A program made the position numbers and the translations under genes. Positions 11,331 through 23,789 of a DNA stretch of 64,000 bases are shown one piece after another (within the stretch, counting starts at the first letter, position 1; each line of letters starts with the position of its first letter). The DNA lies in assembly GCA_951406725.2 (NCBI GenBank), contig OX597831.1:6634001-6698000 (forward strand), written 5' to 3'. The notes below the pieces were generated by a model. That model was not told where the DNA came from. It searched no databases and saw only the letters and a program-made list of their open reading frames with translations. The stretch comes from Octopus vulgaris (taxonomy: Eukaryota).

Positions 11331-12381
11331 GCGTGTACACATATTAAGTACATACACTGAGGTGTGTGCATGTGTGAATACATCAGTGTGTAAGTTCACA
11401 CTTTAATTACTCCATTAAAAAAATATATTTAAGTGAAAGCTAACAAACTTAACATAGTGAGTGACACAAAATTTTACACCCATAATAACAAGGAAAGTCA
11501 TTAGCCTTAAGGGCAGCCCTGCTCAAAGAAAATAAAGGAGAGAACACAGAAATTTAAATTGATAAAAGATTGAAGGGAGACAATGCAATAGAGAGTGAAT
11601 CTGATTTTTTGTGAATACAGAGACAACTCTGGACATGTTTTGGTTTTATTAGTCCTCCTCAGTGAAGTTTAGCATATCTTTTAACTTGTTTCTTCCTTAG
11701 ACTCTCAACTTGTGATGATGTGATAGGCTAACACCATAACAAACAGCATGTTTTGGGCATTTTAAAACTGGCAGATCCTATCTCTCTCCTCAGCTAATTT
11801 GAAAGAGAGAATAGAAACAAACCCAGTACACATACTTATGAAATCTTGGCAGTTATTGATTTTTGTGTGAAAATTATTTGCTGATTTAAAAAATAATGAA
11901 ATTGAAGAATTTTAATTGATAATTGAATCACAACAGCAAATGGTTTATTCAATATTTTAGCTTCTATAAGATTCGGAAGACAAATATCACTAAGCAAATT
12001 CTTCAGAGCCGTAATGAGTCCTGTCAATTAGTCACCTTGCCGAGAGATAAAATTAATCACTAGAAATATAATTAGTCACCTTACCTAGAGCTACAATAAA
12101 ATATCCACAGTGGATTTGAACTCATAAACTGATCATCTGAAACAGTTGATCATTGTTGATCAATGGTGTGCATTTTGTTATTGATTTTATCAAGAGTAGG
12201 ATGGTCTGATATTTTATGTATTTTCTCACTAAAGTGGAAGTTTTATACTTCAAATATTTCACACTGAAGGAACTATAGAATCGGTTGTTGTTGCTTTCAG
12301 CCAAACAAGTCAAAGAAAAAACAGACAAATCAGACATTGAGATGATAAAAATATGCCCCGAATGGAGCGTACAAGAAAGAT

Positions 12382-12790
12382 GTGCAGGAGTGGCTGTGTG
12401 GTAAGTAGCTTGTCTACCAACCACATGGTTCCGGGTTCAGTCCCACTGCGTGGCACCTTGGGCAAGCGTCTTCTACTATAGCCTCGGGCCGACCAAAGCC
12501 TTGTGAGTGGATTTGGTAGGCGAAAACTGAAAGAAGCCTGTCGTATATATGTATATATATATATATATATATATGCATGTGTGTGTTTGTGTGTCTGTGT
12601 TTGTCCCCTAGCATTGCTTGACAACCGATGCTGGTGTGTTTATGTCCCTGTTACTTAGCGGTTCGGCAAAAGAGACCGATAGAATAAGTACTGGGCTTAC
12701 AAAAGAATAAGTCCCGGGGTCAAGTTGCTCGATTAAAGGCGGTGCTCCAGCATGGCTGCAGTCAAATGACTGAAACAAGTAAAAGAGTAA
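12382..12790 (+). mobile_element. tRNA-derived SINE family D, full copy
   Basis: TGGCTGTGTGGTAAG A-box, GGTTCAGTCCC B-box, CCTTGGGCAAG body, internal (TA)(TG) tract, AAAAGAGT tail. Confidence 0.92.
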
Positions 12791-13009
12791 ACCATATCAC
12801 ATGCGACCTTTCTTGAAGAGCTGTAAATCAGCATTAGAATTATTAAGGGTCCTCACACAGGGCAACTTCTCTGGTGCCGATTGCATGATAAAACAGACTG
12901 TCCATGCTGGAAGATATACACAATACCAAAATTGGCCAGTTTTGTCTGTTGTCAGAAGCAGACTGTGGTGATTCAACAAATCGATGCCAACATGGAAAAT
13001 CAGAATAAA

Positions 13010-13083
<74 letters not shown>

Positions 13084-13110
13084 AATAATGAGGAGGATGA
13101 TGATGATGAA
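13010..13110. repeat. (GAT)n microsatellite
   Basis: Direct reading; tail of an old family E-like copy. Confidence 0.95.
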
Positions 13111-13785
13111 AGACAACGATGAAAATAAACTGGTCACAAGATTACTAAAGAATTTTGATACAAAACAATGTAGACATTAACACACAGAAAAACTAAAACA
13201 AAAAAAAAAGAAAAGAAAGAAATATGAATGCAAAGCTGGTGTTTTATGGTTAAATTAAATTCTGAGGAAACAAATTTAGAATGTTTATAATTAGATAGGA
13301 CAGACTTTTGGCAGTTCTATATTCCATTGACAGAACATGTAACTAAAATGTCCTTATGTAATAAATTCCATTCTAGAAAGTAAAAATAGCCATTAGAGTT
13401 TATGTAGTTAGAATTAATTGTGCAGACACACTCTTTCATATACATGTGTATGTGTATGTGTGTGTGTGTGTTAAACAAGTTCTCAAATAACACACACAAG
13501 CCTTCTCTTTCCTCTTCCACCAACAGACAAAATGTTAATGAAAATTTTTGCCCCCATCCACCCACCCCTCTTTATGCAAGAAAAGACAAATTAAAGAAGC
13601 CAATGTCCATAGAATTCTTCTTTCTTCACCATGGACAAAAGAAGAAAAGAATGAATAAATCCATCTCAACGTTATTAGACATGGAGATTTGGTGGCCATT
13701 TGGAGAGCATCTGGCTACATGACATCCACCCTAAATAAATTTCATCTGATCCATGAAGGCAAGGAAAACAAGACATCAAAAAGAT

Positions 13786-13812
13786 TATGATGATGATGAT
13801 GATGATGATGGA

Positions 13813-13900
<88 letters not shown>

Positions 13901-13934
13901 GTGATGGTGATGATGGTGATGGTGATGATGATGG

Positions 13935-13972
<38 letters not shown>

Positions 13973-14271
13973 GTAATGGTGATGATGATGATGATGATGA
14001 TGATGATGGCTCCCATTCAGTTGAGGGTAATGTTAGTCTTACAAGTTACATAGCAACCTCATTAGGAGGACTGGTGCCACAAAAATGGATCCGAGGCATG
14101 GCACACTCTGTAAATCGGTTGGACATTCGGAAGGACATCCAGCAGCCGCAGAAACTTATGTCAATGTAAACACTGGAGAACGATGCAGTCTGGAATGATG
14201 CAGTTGGAGGAATGCATCCTCCAACTCCACTGAACCATCCAAGCTGTGCCAGCATGGAAGACAGATGGTGA

Positions 14272-14304
<33 letters not shown>

Positions 14305-14500
14305 GTGGTGGTGATGATGATGATGTTGGTGATGATGATGATGGTGGTGATGATGATGATGATGATGGTGATGGTGGTGGTGATGATGATGATGGTGATG
14401 GTGGTGGTGATGATGATGATGATGATGATGATAAGTGGGGGGTGGAAGTGATGGAGGAGGAGGTGGTGGTGGTGGAGGAGGAGGAGGAGGAGGAGGAGGA
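13786..14500. repeat. Two (GAT/GGT)n expansions and (GGA)n flanking an old family E-like copy (about 14060-14270)
   Basis: Direct reading; explains the poly-D, poly-M and poly-S ORFs. Confidence 0.9.
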
Positions 14501-14932
14501 TATTTCCTTCTTCAACCCCCTTATGATGAAAACCATAATGTCAGTCATTCCAACAACATAAAAAAAAAACAATGTTTCTAGTAGACTGGTCTGATTCTTT
14601 CCCTGTGAGAATAATTAAAGAGTAAAGAAATGCTGAATTTAGCCATTCCAGAAGTGAAATTCATTACATAGTTTCAATAATTTCAATAATTTTATTGATC
14701 AAATTCTTTCACTGTATATTCCCACGCGACCAATAACAATGAGTGTTTATTAACATCAAATTAAATAAATTACTTCATTGCTAAATTAAAATTTTTTTTT
14801 TGTTTTGTTTTTTTGTCTTCATACTCGTATTTTTATAAACTTCTTCACACCATTGAGAATTGAACTTCCTTCTTCTGCTCCAGTTGATCTTCATTAATTA
14901 GTCCACACAATGCATTCGTTAAGTACTTTTAA

Positions 14933-15153
14933 CCCTTTCGTTTCTGTATGTATTTTGAGATGCTCTGTGTTTCTTTCAGTTACTTTAATTATAACAAAGA
15001 ATTTAGTAAAATAACTTAGTCATCTTTCAGCTAGTGTTAGGAACATAAATTGTGACTAAGGTTTGGTGGAAGATTTTAATTGAAAACTTATGGAAACAAG
15101 ATATTTGTAACTCAGAGCCTGAGGCGGTTTCAGCCAGATTGTTATCTAAAGGG
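14933..15153. mobile_element. piggyBac-type MITE family B
   Basis: TTAA TSD at 14929-14932 and 15154-15157; CCCTTT/AAAGGG termini. Confidence 0.9.
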
Positions 15154-15184
15154 TTAAGAATTGTCTCTCTGTTATATATTTTAA

Positions 15185-15402
15185 CCCTTTTACCATATTT
15201 CTGTTGAGATGTTCTGTGTTTCTGTCAATTAATTTTAAATATAACAAAGAATTTAGTAAACTAACTTAATTATCATTAACCAAGTGTTAGGAACATTAAT
15301 TGTGACTGAGGTTTAGTGGAAGATTTTGATTCAAAACTTATGGAAACAAGACATTTGTACTCAGAGCCAGAGCCGGTTTCAGCCAGGTTGGTAACGAAAG
15401 GG
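15185..15402. mobile_element. piggyBac-type MITE family B
   Basis: TTAA at 15181-15184 and 15403-15406; followed directly by an older related copy to about 15599. Confidence 0.9.
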
Positions 15403-15609
15403 TTAACCATGTTTGCTGCCATATTTCTGCTGAAACACACTACCTTAGTTTCAATTCCTTTTGGAAATAATGAAAAGTTTAGTAAAATAACTTTATCATT
15501 ATTAAGCTGGCATTTGCAACATAAATTAACATGGAAGTTTTGATACAGGTTTCTTTAATTCAGATTTCTTTTTTAGAACAAAGGGCAGTTTTGGAAGGGT
15601 TGGTATACG

Positions 15610-15972
15610 ACATGGTTCTGGGTTCAGTCCCACTGTGTGGCACCTTGGGCAAGTGTCTTCTACTATAGTCTCGGGTCAACCAATGCCTTGTGAGTGGATT
15701 TGATAGATGGAAACTGAAAGAAGCCTGTCATATATATGTATAATATATATGTATGTGGGTGTGTATATGTTTGTGTGTATGTGTTTGTACACGCCAACAT
15801 CGCTTGACAACCGATGCTGGTGTGTTTACGCCCCCGTAACTTAGTGGTTCGGCAAAAGAGACCAATAGAATAAGTACTAGGCTTACAAAGAATAAGTCCT
15901 GGGGTCAACTAAAGGCGGTGCTCCAGCATGGCCACAGTCAAATGACTAAAACAAATAAAAGAGTAAAAGAGT
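15610..15972 (+). mobile_element. SINE family D, 5' truncated
   Basis: Matches the 12382 copy from CATGGTTC to the AAAAGAGT tail. Confidence 0.9.
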
Positions 15973-16782
15973 AATTGCTTTTGTCTAAGAATAAGCCTTT
16001 GTTTCCATCTAATCCTTAATCAACTTATACATTTTGATGATTTTGATGATGTGATAGTAAATTTTCAAAATGATATTGTAGGGTGGGTGTGAGAGGCAGG
16101 ATCTGGCCAGTATGAACATAAGATAGTAGAATATTCGGACAGGATTAAATACTAAGCGGGTAAAAAAAAACACCTGTAGAACCAAAGAAGGAAGAATGAA
16201 TATTTGTCAGAAAAAAAGGGTTATGGATTTTGCCAATTTATTCCACAATTAAAAGTGAGTGTTAATTCTATGGTACGTGACAGACATTCTTAAAAGGTAA
16301 AATTCTTCCTCTCCATATTAATCATAACGATGATAAGTTTGTTATATAAAAGAGTAAGCATTTTTTGAAAGATAACTGTAAAATATAACGTTTTCTTTCT
16401 TAATGCAAGAACAAATAATTAATATTAGGAAGAATAGAAATCTAAAATTGGAAATTCAATAGATTTCCTCTTGTAGTTTGTATAATAATCAACAATTCCT
16501 CCATCTTGTCAAGTAGACACAACGAAACACTTATCTCTTCTTTTAGTTCAAACATATTTTCGTGAAACACTTTGTTACTTTTGACAGCAATTAAAATGAA
16601 ATATTGAAATAAAATGAATTCATATTTTTAATTCTATCTTTTATTTATGTTCATAAATACTACATGACAAATTAAATTTCTATGTATGCTATTATGAATT
16701 ATATTTAAATGAAACATAACTATAGATTAAATAATAAAATGTTCCTGTCATACTTTTAAATATATATATCTATAAATACTTA

Positions 16783-17116
16783 CATGCATGCATGTATGTA
16801 TGTATGTATGTATGTATGTATGTATGTATGTATGTATGTATGTATGTACGTATGTACGTACGTACGTACGTACGTACGTATGTATGTATGTATTTATGTA
16901 TGTATGTATGTATGTATGTATGTATGTATGTATGTATGTATGTATGTATGTATGTATGTATGTATGTATGTATGTATGTATGTATGTATGTATGTATGTA
17001 TGTATGTATGTATGTATGTATGTATGTATGTATGTATTTATGAATGTATGTATGTATTTATGTATGTATGTATGCATGCATGCATGCATGCATGCATGTA
17101 TGTATGTATGTATGTA

Positions 17117-17160
<44 letters not shown>

Positions 17161-17215
17161 CATGCATGCATGTATGTATGCATGCATGCATGTATGTATG
17201 TATTTGTGTGTATGC
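16783..17215. repeat. (TATG)n tetranucleotide satellite with TACG and CATG variants
   Basis: Direct reading. Confidence 0.97.
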
Positions 17216-17292
17216 ACATAAATATTTTTAAATATTTCCGATTAATGATTTCAACTAAAAGAATTCATATTTTATTTTCAAAAATTTCATCC

Positions 17293-17478
17293 TGTACCGG
17301 TGGCACGTAAAAAGCACCCACTACACTCATGGAGTGGTTGGCGTTAGGAAGGGTATCCAACTGTAGAAACACTGTCAGATCAGACTGGAGCCTGGTGCAG
17401 CCTTCTGGCTTCCCAGACCCCAGTCAAACCATCCAACTCATGCCAGCATGGAAAACAGACATTAAACGATGATGATGA
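17293..17478 (+). mobile_element. Family E 3' part
   Basis: GGTTGGCGTTAGGAAGGG...CATGCCAGCATGG...(GAT)n. Confidence 0.85.
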
Positions 17479-18036
17479 TTGAAGCAGTAGATTGCTGGAA
17501 TCATTGAAGCAATGGCCCAAAGCCTGTCGCCATACAGTATAGATTGCAGCTCTTTGTCACAGAACTCACCAAATAATGATTCCACCGTCCCATAGTTGAA
17601 TAAGTAATCTTGATTTATGGCTGGAATTTATTGCATTGGTCCCGTGACGGATGGATGGCAAAAAAAAAACACACACCAGTAGGATTTGAACTGAAACCAT
17701 CTTCATCATCATTTTAACGTCCACTTTTCCATGCTGGCATGGATCAGATGGAATTTGATCAGATGAGTTTTCTATGATCAGATACCCTTCCTGTTGCCAA
17801 CCCTTATCTGTTTTCAAGCTAGGTAATACTTCCCTGTGGCCAAACGGGTTTAATATTAGAAACAAATGACACTGCTTATATGACAGCCATCATGTGACAT
17901 CAAGACAAAGAGACACAAACACACACACATATATGACGGGTTTCTTTCAGTTTCCTTCTAATAAATCCACTCACAAGGTTTTGGTTGGTCCAGAGCAATA
18001 GTAGAAGACGCATGCTCAAGGTGCTATGCAATGGGA

Positions 18037-18343
18037 GTGGAGGCACATGGCCTAGTGGTTAGAGCAGCGGACCTCACGGTCGAGGGATCACGGGTTCGAA
18101 TCTCAGGCCAGGCAATGTGTGTGTTTATGAGCAAAACACCTAAGCTCCATGCGGCTCCAGCAGAAGATAATGGCAAACTTCTGCTGACTCTTTCGCCACA
18201 ACTTTCTCTCACTCTTTCCTCCTGCATCTTGCAGCTCACCTGCGACGGACCAGCGTCCCATCCAGGTGGGGAACCTATAGGCCAAGGAAATTGGGAAAAC
18301 GGCCCTATGAGCCAGGCGTGACTCGAGAAGGATAAAAACAAAC
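18037..18343 (+). mobile_element. tRNA-derived SINE family F nested inside a minus-strand family D copy
   Basis: TGGCCTAGTGG A-box, GGTTCGAATC B-box, V-domain-like TGCGACGGACCAGCGTCCCATCCAGG. 11-bp TSD ATGCA(A/G)TGGGA at 18026-18036 and 18344-18354. Confidence 0.9.
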
Positions 18344-19588
18344 ATGCAGTGGGACTGAACCTGCAACCAAGCAAACGTCTCAACCACTCAGCCATGCAAA
18401 CACTTTTGAATAGAGGAAGCTATTTACTCTGACATCCAAACATTTCTGCTATTCCACAACACAATCAATAATCACCTTAAACAACATGGCACAAGTTTTA
18501 GTCTGTGACATGACTTAACCGTAAAAATACAATCACAAATGATAGAATGTGAAATGAAAAAATTAGACTTTGAGGACAAACAACGGAAGACATTACTTGT
18601 AAACAGAAAAGGTTAACAGTTCTGATCAATGTTTGCTAACCTGGCTGGCAGTTGTGCTGGTGTCGGAGCGACTACATTTACAATGAACAGAAATAGAACA
18701 AATAATACACACACACACACACATGCATGAGTAACTCTACTTGCGTATAGGAAAAAATAAATCTTTCCATACTACATCATGCACTAATCATTCCTATTTT
18801 AGCTGTAAAACATTCTGCTTTTAACTCTAGCTAACAAGCTTGGCAGATGAAACACAAGACTGCATGCAAACATTAGCTATTTATGGACATCGCTGAATGC
18901 TGAAAATGTTCAACCCTCTTGGATGATTTTTAAATTGCAAGATATCTCAAGCGATAAATTTTAATCCCTTTTTAACCAACAGCATTAACCCTTTCATGAC
19001 CATATTGCTAATGAGATATGCTAAGACATCTAATTAATTTTGAAATTAATCAATAATTAGAAAGGGTTTATTAAAGTAACAAACTTAATCATAATTTAAC
19101 TGATGTTTGTAACATAATTTAAGAAAAGCTTCTTGCATAAAAATTCTGGTGAAAGGTTTTAATTTGAATATGAACACTTGAAAATAAGAGGGTTCGTATG
19201 CATTGCAATCACGGGTGGTTCCAGGTGAATTGGTAGTGAAAGGGTGGATAGACATTGTGAATGAGATGTTCTTGTTCTTTATGTCTTCTTTATTGCAGCT
19301 TCTTTTGCAAGAAATCAAAAGCTGTTCTCGGCCCAGAACAGTCATAAATATTTTTAAATGTTTTTCTCCTCATTTAAATCAAGAACCATTTCCGATAACA
19401 GGGAATGTTCAAATCAAGATCACAGAAAGACAAAAAATGACAGAGTTGTAGTTTGGGGGGTGGGGGGTAAATGTAATTGTTGTTGTTGGTTAACCCCAGG
19501 TCAAACATCATTAAGCAGACTTATGGTCAAAGCAGTCCACACTTGATCACAACAACTCACTTTTTGGGATGTTTTTTACAACATACAG

Positions 19589-19929
19589 ATCGTTGCCAGA
19601 GCGGCTATCTGGCCTCCGTGCCGGTGGCATGTAAGAGGCACCATTCGAGCGGGATCGTTACCAGCATCGCCTTACTGGCACCTGTGCCGGTGGCATGTGT
19701 AAAAGATTTGAGCAAGGTCGTTACCAGTGCCGCCTGACTGGCCCCATGGCACATAAAAGCACCCACTACACTCTCGGAGTGGTTGGCATTAGGAAATGCA
19801 TCCAGCTGTAGAAACTTTGCCAGATCAAGATTGGAGCCTGGTGCAGCCATCTGGTTCACCAGCCCTCAGTCATTCGTCCAACCCATGCTAGCATGGAAAG
19901 TGGATGTTAAACAATGATGATGATGATGA
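19589..19929 (+). mobile_element. Family E copy
   Basis: Internal tandem units, family 3' end and (GAT)n tail. Confidence 0.88.
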
Positions 19930-20245
19930 CTGTATATGGCACTACAATATCCAATGTGTCCTACCATTTAAAACAACAGAGTGTGATTTGAGTGTAATTT
20001 GGCTGCTATTTCAGTTCAATTTGGCTCCCACTTTCGTTTGTGTTACAGCTGGTTGAAGCAATAGAACTGGATTACAATCTAAAAGGCCATTGATTAATAT
20101 CCTGTGTGTCACCAGCACTGTATCCTGGCAACAGCACTGTATCCATGGCAACAGCACTCAACTTGCATTGAACCAGTCCACTCATCTACAAACAGGTCCC
20201 ATCATGAGACAATATAATTTGACACAATAAAATGCAACAGTAGGT

Positions 20246-20505
20246 CATCATCGTTTAACGTCCGTTTTCCCTGCTAGCATGGGTTGGACGATTTTGACTG
20301 AGGGCTGGCAAACCAGATGGCTGCACCAGGCTCCAATCTTGATCTGGCAGAGTTTCTACAGCTGGATGCCCTTCCTAATGCCAACCACTCCGAGAGTGTA
20401 GTGGGTGCTTTTTACATGCCACCAGCACGGGGGCCAGTCAGGCATTACTGGCGATGACTTCGCTCGAATCTTTTTACACATGCCACCGGCACAGGTGCCA
20501 GTGAA
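20246..20505 (-). mobile_element. Family E copy
   Basis: Reverse complement of the 19589 copy's 3' part. Confidence 0.88.
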
Positions 20506-20607
20506 GCAACAATGGAAACGAACGACGGTACAATTAATAAAATTTAACAAAAATTATGTTAGCATGGAGGTCCTCGATACAATGCTGTCAGCCTGTAGAG
20601 TTATGAC

Positions 20608-20999
20608 TCAGAAACCTGGACGTTATCAAAGAAGCTTGAGAGGCTGTTGGATGGAACTTACACTCGCCTCCTTATGAAAGCTCAAAATCACTCGTGGAAG
20701 CATCATCCAACCAAAGTACAAATATATGGGAAACTACCACCTGTATCATCTCTTGTGAAAGGTAGAAGAGTCCAGTTTGCTGGACATTGTTGTAGAGCTG
20801 AAAACAAGGTAATTTCTACTCTTCTCCTCTGGAAGCCATCTGCTCGCGATACCAGAGGGTGCACACTCTCCTACCCTGATGTAATCTCCAGGGATACAGG
20901 CATCTAGCGACGGGACCTCCGTAATGCTATGATGGACCATGAAGTCTGGCGTAACATAGTAAATTCCATTGTCTCGACCACGGTCGAACAATGATGATG
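20608..20999 (+). mobile_element. 5'-truncated RTE-clade LINE, ORF C-terminus
   Basis: ETWTLSKKLERLLDGTYTRLL...RRVQFAGHCCR...LLWKP...VWRNIV with one stop; (TGA)n tail. 11-bp TSD AGAGTTATGAC at 20597-20607 and 21000-21010. Confidence 0.9.
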
Positions 21000-21727
21000 A
21001 GAGTTATGACAAACACAATAAACCCATGCATTGTGGTGCAACATGTGGAAAACCATTAACTTTAATGTCTATTTAAGAACAAGACTCTCAAATCCCACAT
21101 GTTCACTTCATCCATGTTAGCAAACACTGATCAGAACTGTCGACCTTTTCCCTTTACAAGTAATGTCTCCTGTGTTTGTCATTTTTTTTTTTTCATTTAA
21201 CATTCTATCATTTGTGATTGTATTTTTATGTAGTCAAGTCATGCTCCAAACCAAAACCTGTGCCCTGTTGTTTGGGGTGATCATTGGTTCAGTAATGGAG
21301 AGGCAGAAATGAGAGAATGTCAGACTAAATAATAATAAGAAGAAGAATAGTAATAATAATTATCATCATCATCATCACCATCACAGAGTGTGTAGTTAAG
21401 AAATTTGCATCCTAACCCTGCAGTTTCAGGTTCAATCCTATTGTTTGGCACCTTGGGCAAGTGTTTTCTCCTATAGCCCCAGGTCAACCAAAGGCTCGCA
21501 AGTGGATTTGATAGATGGAAAACTGAAAGAAGCCTATTGTGTATGAGAGAGAGAGGAGAAGGAGACAGAGAGAGAGAGAGAGAGAGTTTCTTTATTCACC
21601 ATAAGGTTGAGAAAAAGAGGGGACGATACAAGGACAGACAAAACAAACATTGGGGTCAGGGTATCGAATGAGACGAAATGTATGAATAAACAAACAAAAT
21701 ATATACAATTAAATGAGAATGAGTGAT

Positions 21728-21767
<40 letters not shown>

Positions 21768-22404
21768 CCCTTGTCTTGACATCATGTGATGGTTATAAGC
21801 AAGCATCATCATGCAAGTGATGTCGTTCGTTTCCAGTCTCCCGAGGAATGTTACATGGAAACAGGTGGTGAGGATTGGTGACAGGAAGAGCAACAAACTG
21901 TACAAAATTACCTCAGAAAATCTGTCCATGTCGGGATGGAAAAGCTTCGAAATGGAGGAAGTTGGAGGGAAGGATGGCGACGGGAGAGGAGATGGCGTAG
22001 AAGGAGGGTGGGGAGAATGAGGAGGAGTGGTGTTGATTTGATGACCCTTTGGGGTTTTCTAAAGGGATCCTGACATTTACAGTCAACAAGAGCACTTTGT
22101 CAGATCTGTGAAGTTTAAGAAGAAAGATTATTTTTGAAGATATAAAAACTAGTCATAAACCACAGAACGAATTCTTCCCACACAACACGGAGAATGTTAA
22201 ACAAACAAAAAAGGAAAAAGAAAAAAAGAAAAGCATCAAGCGACGAAAGTTAGAGACTTTTAGCCTTAAATTGAAACATTTTAGCAGCCAGCAGCATTCA
22301 ACGGTGTTATCAGCCACGGTGGACATAACACAACTGGGGGGGGGGGCAGGAATCTTCCTCGTATCATTCCCGCAAACTCCCCACCCAACCACTTTCTATA
22401 TTCA

Positions 22405-22481
22405 CTGGCAAAGGAAGAAGAGAAAGATATATGAAAAAAATTAGTTATCTGTAAAATCCAGCTGGTTGTAGCTAAGCTTAC
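22405..22481 (-). other. Candidate 77-nt spliceosomal intron between non-coding exons
   Basis: Donor GTAAGC, branch-like ACTAAT, long pyrimidine tract and CAG acceptor. YY1-like CCGCCATTT just upstream at 22512-22520. Confidence 0.6.
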
Positions 22482-23375
22482 TTAGTAAACAGCTTGGACT
22501 GACGACGATGTAAATGGCGGAGAAGAGAGAAGAGAGAGAAGAATAAAAAGATGGTTAAGAAAAAGGCGGGAGAAAGAAAGAGAGAAGACAGAAGTAGGAA
22601 ATGACTAATAAAGCCTTCTGTATTAGCATTAATGCTAAAAGCGGGAAGTACAATATTTGGAGAGTAACTGCCAATGAAACTATTTAATTCTAATTTCATA
22701 AAATCAATTACAAAAGAAAATACTTCATATTGGGCAACAAGTACAGACACAAACTACATACAGAAGAAAATGGCTGATGTGTATACGCACATTCAATCCT
22801 GTGCCAATGGTGTGTTTGTAGTTGACTATGTAAGAAATGTGTGCGTTTTAGAGATGTTTTATGAATGAACAATTATGCAAACTAAAAGATTCGTTGCCAA
22901 AGATAACAAAACTGCAGAGACTTTAAGTAAATATTATTTTTAAAAAACGAAATATGGTGAGATATGTCCAACTCAATATTTATTGACGATTCATCAGAGA
23001 AGTATGGCATGTAGATTTGTTCTGAAGATAAACCATTCTTTGAACGAACCTACAAGTTCTTACTTGACTAAGTATATAGGAAAACCAACAGAAGGCAAGC
23101 TTGTGTGTGCTGAGTAAAGATCTAAACAGGAATAGCAACAAGGCTGAGTCAGTAGAAAGGTTAAAGAGAGATTGTGTAGCAGATACAGTAGGAAAATGTT
23201 TGAAAATGTACGACTGAAATCCTATTTTCTCCATTGATGTCAGTTAAAGAGATGCTGAAATATTGCTCAGTCAAGACTCCTGAATTTCAAAGGTGACACT
23301 TCTAAGATATTACACCAGCTTTATAGCTGAGAATTCCAAATGATTACATGTTTGTTGGTTTGGAATAATTACATG

Positions 23376-23789
23376 GGATCTTTTCGGTTTGACCAGCAGT
23401 TTTTTTAAATAATTTCCACGTAACTAAACACTTTTAAACTTCATATACTGGTAGATTGTGTTTATAAAACATCTTTTTCTCTTGGCTTTATTGAGAAAAT
23501 TCTATAGTTTGTAAGATATTTGTTGTTGTTTTTTTCTTCGATTTCTGCAAGTTCAACCAATCAATGACGTCTATTGAGGTGAAAACATTCTGTGCCGTAT
23601 GAACATGTCCCTCGTTTAAGAAACAGATTGGGTTTATTTACATTTCTGAAGAAAAAAAAGAAACCCTTCCCCCTAACCCTAACCCTAAAACAGATTGAAA
23701 TGCAATAAGATCGATACTAGGGTCATAATTATGGGTGACAATTTCATATGACACCGCTAGAAAAACTGCCGGTCAAACCGAAAAGATCC
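23376..23789 (+). mobile_element. MITE family A, long form
   Basis: GGATC TIRs and CCCTAACCCTAACCCTAA tract; atypical long flanking duplication. Confidence 0.93.

Noticed and set aside
5945-17310. Poly-Y, N, I, D, M and MYVC ORFs
   Set aside because: Translations of tri- and tetranucleotide microsatellites.
20043-20058. Partial antisense match to the 3' part of miR-133
   Set aside because: No seed match and no precursor hairpin; lies in a decayed SINE head.
20112-20158. Tandem X-box-like GTATCC(A)TGGCAAC
   Set aside because: Lies in a decayed SINE body (TGTCCTTGGGCAAG-like) with a local duplication, so the match is probably incidental.
21912-22100. Possible coding exon (VLLLTVNV similar to inositol 5-phosphatase N-terminus; or MSGSL-UAG opened by A-to-I editing into ...MDRFSE|GT)
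   Set aside because: Similarity is a few residues, the rest is low-complexity and repeat-derived, and the editing idea has no support without RNA data.
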